DNA of 64,000 nucleotides from IMG/VR virus record IMGVR_UViG_3300015607_001859; one strand, given 5' to 3'. The DNA comes from a virus. The translations under genes were made by a program, and so were the position numbers. Of the stretch, positions 56,957-64,000 are shown piece by piece (position 1 is the first letter of the stretch; each line of letters opens with the position of its first letter). The notes under the pieces are model-generated. The model did no database searches, was not told the DNA's origin, and worked only from the letters and a program-made list of their open reading frames with translations.

Positions 56957-58512
56957 CAGAGCTGGTGCAGAGCAGCGGAAATGGCGCGCGTGTTATTGCG
57001 GAGCGTCAGGGGTGGGCGGTACGACTCGGATACCAATGCGACGGGATCCACGCGCCGTTCCCGGCGGCAATGATGCAGCTGCTCCACGACGCGATGACAT
57101 ATGTGCGCCGCGACTTCCTATTCGGCGCGGCGCGCATGCAGCCAGACGGCTCGAAGCGTGCTGTCCAGATTACGCGGCAGATGCTGTACAGCTGCGACGC
57201 ATCCGGGCGTGTGCTGACCGCTGCCGGGATGCTGCCGGACCTGGCCCGCCTGCTGTACGCGGCAGGGGTGCCGGTCGAAATTCTCGACTACACACCGGCG
57301 CCGCCGCGCCCGGACGCATACGTACCCGCATGGGAGCACCTCGCTGAGCAGATGCGCTGGCTTGGCATGGACTTCAGGCCGCGCCAAGAGGAGTGTCTGC
57401 GCGTACTGGCGCAGCCCGGATGCTACTGCGGAATCATCAACGCGCCGCCAGCGTTCGGGAAGTCTACGCTGCTGGGGCTGGCGTGCATTCTGTTTCGCAC
57501 GGCGCGCATCGCGGTGTTGACCAAGCGCAAGGACGTAGTCGCGACCCTGTACGATCGCCTGTCGGGGATGGTCAACGACGTCGGTAGGTGCGGAGGCGCT
57601 ACGCGCGTTGTAGCGCCGCGGCGCGTCACGGTCAGCACCGTTGGGTCGATGCACAAGCTGCAAGACGACTACGACATCGTGTTCGTCGACGAGGCGCACG
57701 AGATCGTTGCCGACAAAAGCGTTACGACGCTCATGCGGGCGTTTTCGCGGGCACGGCGGTTTGGGTTCTCGGCAACCCCAAAGGGTCGTGCCGACGGGAC
57801 CAGTGCGCGCATGACCTACGCGTTCGGGCCTCAGATCTTCTATATGGGGTGGCAGGAGGCGACGCAGCTCGGGTTGATCGTGCCGGTACAGGTGCGCTGG
57901 CTGCGACTGGACTTCGTCGGAGATCCGACGGCGCCGTACAAAAGCCCGGTGTCCAGGAAACGGCACGGGATCTGGCGGCATCACAGGCGGAACGCGGCCA
58001 TCGCGGCCGTAGCGCGCCGTCACGACGACGACCAGGTGCTGATCTTGGTCGAGACCGTCGAACACGCGTTGGCGTTGCGAAAGCAGCTCCCCGGGTATAT
58101 CGTCATCAGCGACAAAATATCAGCGAAGGATCGTGACGAGTACATTCGCGGCGGTCTCATGGACGGGACCGAGCCGGAAATGACGCCAGCTGCGCGCGAA
58201 CAGGCGCGGCGGGCGTTCGAGAGCGCGGAACTGCGCCACGTCATAGCCACCGACGTGTGGTCGACAGGAGTCAGTTTCGAACAGCTGGCCGTGCTCATTC
58301 GAGCAGACGGGCGCAAGAGCGAGATCAAAGACGATCAAGGACCTGGTCGTGTCGTCAGGCGACATGACGCTTCGGGCAAGCAACTGGGCGTAATCTACGA
58401 CTGCTGGGACCAGTGGTCCACCGGATTTTTGGACGCATCTAAGATACGCGACAGGCGTTATCGCGATAAGGCCTGGGAGCGCGTATACATCGAGTACAGC
58501 GAGCTGTTATGA
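56953..58512 (+). CDS. superfamily 2 (UvsW-like) DNA helicase
   Basis: RPRQ, APPAFGKS, DEAH, FSATP, ATDVWSTG, QGPGRVVR. Confidence 0.9.
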   Translation: MTELVQSSGNGARVIAERQGWAVRLGYQCDGIHAPFPAAMMQLLHDAMTYVRRDFLFGAARMQPDGSKRAVQITRQMLYSCDASGRVLTAAGMLPDLARLLYAAGVPVEILDYTPAPPRPDAYVPAWEHLAEQMRWLGMDFRPRQEECLRVLAQPGCYCGIINAPPAFGKSTLLGLACILFRTARIAVLTKRKDVVATLYDRLSGMVNDVGRCGGATRVVAPRRVTVSTVGSMHKLQDDYDIVFVDEAHEIVADKSVTTLMRAFSRARRFGFSATPKGRADGTSARMTYAFGPQIFYMGWQEATQLGLIVPVQVRWLRLDFVGDPTAPYKSPVSRKRHGIWRHHRRNAAIAAVARRHDDDQVLILVETVEHALALRKQLPGYIVISDKISAKDRDEYIRGGLMDGTEPEMTPAAREQARRAFESAELRHVIATDVWSTGVSFEQLAVLIRADGRKSEIKDDQGPGRVVRRHDASGKQLGVIYDCWDQWSTGFLDASKIRDRRYRDKAWERVYIEYSELL

Positions 58513-59249
58513 GCCAGAACGACGCAGGTAATCGACCCGCGAGTTCAGACGTAGTGCCGCCCGCGGACGTACGTACGCTGGTAGAGCTGGCCGACTGGCT
58601 CGGACCGCGCGGGTCGCGCGTTCGCGCCGCGTTTTGCAATGCGTACTGCGAGGCGCGCGCGGCGGCTGGCACAGTGGACGAGCGGCTGCGCCTTGGCGTC
58701 GTGCGCGCGTGGGACGGTGGTTTTTCGGCGCGCACTGGTAAATCGACGCCGTGCGCGTGGCGTCAGCTGTTGACGTACTGCGAAAAGCACGCGATAGACC
58801 CCGTGATGTACGCCGCGTACATCGGGCGCGTCCTAGGCACGCGCGGACTGGGGCGCGAGAACCTGTTCCAGCCGGGGTTTCTGGCCGCATTTCGTAGCGA
58901 ACGGCAAGGTCGCGCGCGGTGTGAGTACGCGGATACGCGACTGCAGACGTATATCCGAAGTTTGGAGATCGAGCTTGGAAAGCTGCGCCACACGCCGGGT
59001 TACACCAACGATACGGAGCGGATGCGCGAGGCGCTGGCCTGCGTTGACACGGGTCCACCTTTATTCCGGTACTGCGTCGCCGTACGGTACGGCGTTTCAG
59101 ACGTGGCCGACGCCCTGCGCGCGCGGGCGCTGCTCGAATATCGCATGAACCGCGAACTGCTCGCGGGCGGCTGGGCGGCCCTAATACCAGCGGAATGGCG
59201 CAGCATGAGCGTGGCGCAACTGGCCGCGATTACGGAGGCGGTGGGATGA
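58509..59249 (+). CDS. hypothetical replication-operon protein
   Basis: ATGA overlaps on both sides, between the helicase and DnaB genes. Confidence 0.6.
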   Translation: MSQNDAGNRPASSDVVPPADVRTLVELADWLGPRGSRVRAAFCNAYCEARAAAGTVDERLRLGVVRAWDGGFSARTGKSTPCAWRQLLTYCEKHAIDPVMYAAYIGRVLGTRGLGRENLFQPGFLAAFRSERQGRARCEYADTRLQTYIRSLEIELGKLRHTPGYTNDTERMREALACVDTGPPLFRYCVAVRYGVSDVADALRARALLEYRMNRELLAGGWAALIPAEWRSMSVAQLAAITEAVG

Positions 59250-60904
59250 CGACACCTCAAGACGGACGCCAGCTACCAGCGCGCGCTGCACGCGCTACGC
59301 CGGAGCTTATCGAATCGCTGCTGTTGCGGCTCATGTTGTCGCCACGCGTAATGTCGGAGATGGCGCCGCTGATCCGGCCTGAACATTTCAGCGGACCTGC
59401 AGAGCAGCCGTACGCATTGCTGTGGCGCGCGATGCTACTGGCGTACGAACGCTACGGCGTGCTCGACTACGCGAAGGTGTTCGACGCCACGCGTACCGTG
59501 CTGGCGTCTATGCCGCACTTTCCGCCGCAGCAGGCGGCGCACGTGATCGCGGAGCCAACGACATCAAACGGGCGTATCGGGCTGATCTACTGGGCTTACA
59601 CCGAGTGGGCCAAGTACCCGCTCAACGACGAGCAAACCCGGGACATAGCGCGCCTGTTTCTCGAAGATAGGTACGTGACGAGACCGGTCGAGACGGCGCT
59701 GGCCGCGAATACGATCTCGCTGGGAGATCTGACAGACGCTGTCGCGCGTGCGCAGCGCGTACACCAGATCGGAGTGAATCCGATCGGGGAGGGGCTGCCA
59801 GACGACTGGCGACCGGAGCCCGTGCATGTCGAATCCACCGGGCTGCCGTGGTGCGATGCTTGGCTGGACGGAGGACACGCGCCTGGCGAGATGAACGCGC
59901 TTCTCGGTCCGATGGGTGTCGGTAAGACGCAGTTTGCGGTCAATCTCGCAATCGGGGCGGCGCGCGTGCAGCGCGAGCGGGCGCGACAAACGGGGCTCCC
60001 AATGCGCCGCGTCTATATCGCCACGTACGAGCTGGGCGCGGACGACATCAGGCGTCGACTTGTGTGTTGCGCCGGCCGTGTGCACATGGCGTCAATCCGC
60101 GAGGCGGTCAATCTCGCGGACGCGCTGAGCTCGTCAACGCGCGGCGACTATAAGCAGTACGAACGCGAAGACTTCGCGCAGAGGCACGATGTGCCGACAC
60201 ATACGCCGCCGCCAGGCGAGTGGGAGCGATTGGCTGAGAGCCGCGACCTGCTGCGTGACTGTATCCGTGTTCTTGACCTGTCAGGAACGTCGGATAAGGC
60301 GCTCCGCGGCGAGGGCGGCGCCGCGGAGCTGGCGGCGCTAATCGAGGCTGACCAACAGGCTGGCGGAAATCCCGGCGTCGCGTGCGTCGTGATCGACTAC
60401 GCCTACATCGTATGCGAGCGGTGGATGTATGCGCGCGGCGCGCGGATGGATCAGATGCGACACTGGCTCGGTTCGCTCTTGGACCAGCTTCGGCTCGATA
60501 TTGCCGGGAGATTCAAAACGCCACTGTGGGTACTGCACCAGTTCAACAAGACCGGGAACGCATCCGACCCGACTCGCCTGCCGACGCACATGGACGCTGC
60601 CGAGGCCGGCTTGTTTGCCAAGGCATTCACGTTCTGTTGCTGTATCGGCGGGAAGGACGAAACCACGAGCGCCGTGTTGTTCGTGGCGTCAAAACGACGC
60701 CGCGCGGGCGAATATCGCCCGCCAACGATTCTCAAGATCGTGGGCGAGCAGGCGCGCCTCGATGACGTGACTGACACGTTCGCGATCCATTCGCGGCTCA
60801 AGCGACTTGTACCGAGAACAGAGGCTGCTGCACTGGGCGAGGACGATCTCGAAATTACGCATACGGCGGCGGCGGCCGCCTTGCGTCCGGACGACATGGT
60901 TTAG
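59246..60904 (+). CDS. dnaB: DnaB-like replicative helicase
   Basis: STGLPWCD.WLDGG..PGE, GPMGVGKT, TYE, VIDY, LHQFN, KRR. Confidence 0.85.
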   Translation: MTTPQDGRQLPARAARATPELIESLLLRLMLSPRVMSEMAPLIRPEHFSGPAEQPYALLWRAMLLAYERYGVLDYAKVFDATRTVLASMPHFPPQQAAHVIAEPTTSNGRIGLIYWAYTEWAKYPLNDEQTRDIARLFLEDRYVTRPVETALAANTISLGDLTDAVARAQRVHQIGVNPIGEGLPDDWRPEPVHVESTGLPWCDAWLDGGHAPGEMNALLGPMGVGKTQFAVNLAIGAARVQRERARQTGLPMRRVYIATYELGADDIRRRLVCCAGRVHMASIREAVNLADALSSSTRGDYKQYEREDFAQRHDVPTHTPPPGEWERLAESRDLLRDCIRVLDLSGTSDKALRGEGGAAELAALIEADQQAGGNPGVACVVIDYAYIVCERWMYARGARMDQMRHWLGSLLDQLRLDIAGRFKTPLWVLHQFNKTGNASDPTRLPTHMDAAEAGLFAKAFTFCCCIGGKDETTSAVLFVASKRRRAGEYRPPTILKIVGEQARLDDVTDTFAIHSRLKRLVPRTEAAALGEDDLEITHTAAAAALRPDDMV

Positions 60905-60960
60905 GAGGTACGCGATGCCGAAGCGGGCGCGAGAGCCGCGAGAGCCGGTTGAAAGCGACT

Positions 60961-62103
60961 ATGTACAATGACCTGATCAATCCGCGACTGTACCAAGCGC
61001 TCGCATCCCAGTTCGGTACGGTGCAGGTTTCAAATGCCGGTGTCGTACCGTCGCGACAACTGCGATTCCGGCCGGACGGCGGGACGTACGCCGACTACAA
61101 AAATGGCGAGCAGTTTCGCGTCAACTGTCCGTACTGCGACCCGCCCGACACGCGACACCACCTGTACTTCTCGTGCTACTGGGGCACGCGCACGGACGAA
61201 TACCCAGAGGATGGGCGCCGGCTGCGGCTGGCGCACTGTTTCAGGTGTAATGCGCTCGACGCGCCGCACATGCGCGAGGAGCTGTACTTCCGTGTGTACA
61301 GTACGCTGCCAGCCACGTCGTATCTGCACGACACCGGCAGAATTCCGCTCGAGCGTGGCCCGGTGTGCATGCCCGGCACGATCGTACCGTTGGACAAGCT
61401 CGAGCCGTGGCATCCGGCGTACCGGTTCATGGTCACAAAGGGTTTTGATCCGAGCGAGCTCGGGCAGCGTTTCCGCGTGGGACTCTGCGTTGTGCCGCCT
61501 GGCGACCTGCAGATGGTGGACGGGCGCATAATCATTCCCGTATACAAAGACGACGGTACTCTGGCTGGCTGGCAGGCGCGATGCGTCGGCGACTTTGACT
61601 GGAAGGCTGTGGGCTGGACGAAGTACTACAACCTTCCCGGATTCTCGAAGTCGACATACCTGTACAACCACAACGAGGCCAAGCGATACGCGCTCCGCGT
61701 CGTTGTCGAAGGCGCCACCAAGGTCTGGCGGTTTGGTGGCGGCCCTTGCGTGGGTACGTTTGGATCGACGCTATCCCCGACACAGGCCGCGTTGCTGGCG
61801 GAGGCGCCAGGCCCGATTGTCTGGCTGTGGGATGGAGACAGCTGGGACGTGCCGCCGGGCGCAGAGCGCAGCAAGGTCGATACGGCGCTGTCGTTGCTGC
61901 ACCAGTACGTACCAGCCGCACGCGTTGTGTGCGTGCGGCTGCTTTCCAATTACAAACCGACCAGTTATGATCGCCAGTCCCTCTGGGGGCTGGTACGTAC
62001 CGCGCTGGATGCTGCGGGGTGGAAAATACCGCTCGACGCGACGGCTGAGTCCGCTGCTGAAGCTTTGCCCATACGGCAGGTAGCACGTGTTCCCGCTCAA
62101 TGA
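60961..62103 (+). CDS. dnaG: DNA primase (zinc finger + TOPRIM)
   Basis: CPYC...HL...HCFRC, RIIIP, WQAR, KYYN, LYN, VVEG, WDGD. Confidence 0.88.
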   Translation: MYNDLINPRLYQALASQFGTVQVSNAGVVPSRQLRFRPDGGTYADYKNGEQFRVNCPYCDPPDTRHHLYFSCYWGTRTDEYPEDGRRLRLAHCFRCNALDAPHMREELYFRVYSTLPATSYLHDTGRIPLERGPVCMPGTIVPLDKLEPWHPAYRFMVTKGFDPSELGQRFRVGLCVVPPGDLQMVDGRIIIPVYKDDGTLAGWQARCVGDFDWKAVGWTKYYNLPGFSKSTYLYNHNEAKRYALRVVVEGATKVWRFGGGPCVGTFGSTLSPTQAALLAEAPGPIVWLWDGDSWDVPPGAERSKVDTALSLLHQYVPAARVVCVRLLSNYKPTSYDRQSLWGLVRTALDAAGWKIPLDATAESAAEALPIRQVARVPAQ

Positions 62104-64000
62104 CGCCACGTACCAGGAACTGGTAGATCGTGGCCCTTTTGGATTTCCTGAATACCCGTTCTGGCCGCTTGACGCGCCCGGAATGCCGCCGCCGGGGCCA
62201 AACATGCTCGCGGCCGCTATTGCGCAGGGCGACGGTAGCGCAGCCGGCAAAGGTAAGCAGCCGGCTGTCTTCGGACCGCTGCTGCAGTTGCTGTACTTTC
62301 GCGCGCTGTACGACCCGTACTTCGCGGTGCCTGCCGCAGTCGGACAGCAGCGAGTACCGGCGCGTATGGTACTGGGGCATATCCTCGGTCAACCAGCGCG
62401 CGGGCCGCAGCGCGCGGACGTGATGATCATCGGCAAGCACCCCGGGCGCGAGGAGGAAGCGGCGGGGCGCAACTTCGTGGGGCCGACCTCGCAGCACTTC
62501 TGGCAGGCCTGTCGCGAGGTCGGCGTTCCGGAATCGCAGTCGGCCGCGTGGTATGCGACAAATCTCGTACGGTATCAGCCGCCAGACCCAAACGCAGCGA
62601 CGCTCAAGTCTGACTGGATCGCGGACTGCCTGCCTACGCTGGCCGCAGAGCTGCGCCTGGTGCGTCCGCGCATCATCGTGTGCCTGGGTGCAGATGCGAG
62701 CAAGGCGGTAAGCCGCTTGTTATGCCCGAATGCAGGAAACGCAGGCCTGTCAGTCGAGGCGATGCGCGGACGCGTCGAGCAGGCGCTCATCCCGATCTCT
62801 ACGGCACACGACCAGCCACCGCGATACCATGTCGCCCAGTTCATAACCATGGTGCATCCGGCGCGCGTCCATCGCGAACCGGAGTACGCGGATCAACTGC
62901 GCGAGGGTGTCAAGCTCCTATGGATGCTGGCGCAGGGCGGCGTTGTAAGCGACGTCGAACACGACGTAGACCATCGCGTGATCAGCGACGAGCAGACACT
63001 CGCAACCCTTGTTGACGAGATCCTAGACAGTCCGGACCCCGAGCATCGGATCCTAGCGCTTGACGCAGAGTGGCAGGGAAACAGGCCGTGGGATCGCGGG
63101 TCGTACGTGCGTACGATTCAGTTCAGTCACAAGCCCAAGTTTGCGGCCTGCGTGGAGCTGCGCGCTCCCGGCGGCGCCCCGAAGTTCCAGCCAAATATCG
63201 AGGCGGCCGAGCGCCAGCTCAGGAGGCTCGTGTCGGCGCCCGGAATGCGCGTCGGCGGGCACTTCTTACGTGCCGATATTCCGTGGATTCACAGGCACCA
63301 CAATATCGACCTGCGCGACCAGTACGCGCCGGCGCGCAGTTACGAGGACGTGACGCGCGCCGGCGGTTGGGATACCAGTCTGCTTGAAAACGCGGTCTGC
63401 GAAACCGGGCTGCTTGGGCTCGAAGTGCTGCGCGCCAAGTACACGACGGCGCCAGCTTATGAGGCGCTGTTGACCAAGTGGAAGCGCCGCTACTGCGCCG
63501 AACGTGGTATCGAGGAAGATGATCTGGAGGGGTTCGGCGACTGGGACGGCGAGGACTTTTATCGCTACGCCTGCTACGACGCAGACGTAACGAGGCGTAT
63601 CGCCGGCCGGCTGTTTCAGACGATTGTCGACGACAGGTTCCACCACGACTGTCGCCAGTCGTACTGGGTAACGCACAGGGCGTCGTTATCAGTCTTGGAG
63701 ATGGAGCAGGTCGGCATCATACCCGATGTCGATCGTGTGGAAGAGCTGGCGCGCGTGTTCACGCTGGTACGATCAGCGCTGACGACTGAGATTCGGCACC
63801 TGGTTAATTGGCCCGCATTCAACCCGCAGTCAGACGCGCAGTGCCGCGGGGTGTTATTCGGACCGCAGTACGCTCGCAAACCAGCGCCGGCAGGCGTGCC
63901 GACCACTTGGGTCGATCCCAACGACGATCGCGCGGCGACAGACAAGGCCGTCAAACGGGCCAAGGCCGCCATCAAGGACGGAACGCTGGCGTACGATCCG
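62087..64000 (+). CDS. polA: family A DNA polymerase with an N-terminal uracil-DNA-glycosylase (family 4)-like domain; 3'-truncated by the window edge
   Basis: Not in the ORF track (no stop in window); translated by hand from GTG 62087. VMIIGKHPGREE...NFVGP, ATNLVRY, RPRIIVCLG, HPA (UDG); LDAEW, GHFLRAD, YACYDAD (3'-5' exonuclease); EMEQVGI, FNPQS (PolA). Confidence 0.9.
   Translation, partial: MFPLNDATYQELVDRGPFGFPEYPFWPLDAPGMPPPGPNMLAAAIAQGDGSAAGKGKQPAVFGPLLQLLYFRALYDPYFAVPAAVGQQRVPARMVLGHILGQPARGPQRADVMIIGKHPGREEEAAGRNFVGPTSQHFWQACREVGVPESQSAAWYATNLVRYQPPDPNAATLKSDWIADCLPTLAAELRLVRPRIIVCLGADASKAVSRLLCPNAGNAGLSVEAMRGRVEQALIPISTAHDQPPRYHVAQFITMVHPARVHREPEYADQLREGVKLLWMLAQGGVVSDVEHDVDHRVISDEQTLATLVDEILDSPDPEHRILALDAEWQGNRPWDRGSYVRTIQFSHKPKFAACVELRAPGGAPKFQPNIEAAERQLRRLVSAPGMRVGGHFLRADIPWIHRHHNIDLRDQYAPARSYEDVTRAGGWDTSLLENAVCETGLLGLEVLRAKYTTAPAYEALLTKWKRRYCAERGIEEDDLEGFGDWDGEDFYRYACYDADVTRRIAGRLFQTIVDDRFHHDCRQSYWVTHRASLSVLEMEQVGIIPDVDRVEELARVFTLVRSALTTEIRHLVNWPAFNPQSDAQCRGVLFGPQYARKPAPAGVPTTWVDPNDDRAATDKAVKRAKAAIKDGTLAYDP

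Noticed and set aside
61532..63975. Short ORFs listed in the track over the last 2.5 kb
   Set aside because: Explained as alternative frames of the primase and the unlisted, open-ended UDG-PolA gene starting at 62087.
1..64000. tRNA or rRNA genes
   Set aside because: No cloverleaf or T-loop/D-loop pattern was recognised in the few intergenic gaps; not verified with tRNAscan.

Overview
The window is a 64-kb, GC-rich, gene-dense segment of a large tailed dsDNA phage, probably a contractile-tailed myovirus; the host is unknown, with a weak hint of Planctomycetota-like bacteria from the Ycf46/DUF1257/DUF2997/DUF3150 cluster. 1-28 kb is a tail/baseplate region: a tail assembly chaperone with a -1 frameshift, tape measure, hub, gp25-like, baseplate J-like and wedge proteins, five tandem paralogous proteins, a collagen fibre and a GT9-GT2 glycosyltransferase. 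It is interrupted by a dCMP deaminase/phosphoesterase cassette and a phage sigma factor. 28-46 kb holds accessory genes: an AAA+ module, a GP88-like protein, a degenerate primase-like protein, a pseudokinase-vWA-PurA-like module, the terminase large subunit (minus strand) and RNase H. A hairpin-rich non-coding region with a sigma70-type promoter (46.3-46.76 kb) precedes a replication/recombination operon running to the window end: Rep_1-like protein, HldE, ATP-dependent ligase, collapsed Dcm remnant, Mre11/Rad50, an IS110/Nop(Tas)-like protein, SF2 helicase, DnaB, DnaG and a UDG-PolA fusion. Best candidates for novel systems: (i) the IS110/Nop-domain protein coupled into the Mre11-Rad50-helicase operon; (ii) a heptose activation and transfer pathway (HldE plus GT9-GT2 beside the collagen fibre); (iii) the pseudokinase-vWA-PurA-like module with an altered substrate loop; (iv) a degenerate rolling-circle Rep beside an origin-like hairpin region. 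All family calls are by-eye motif recognition; no database searches were run.
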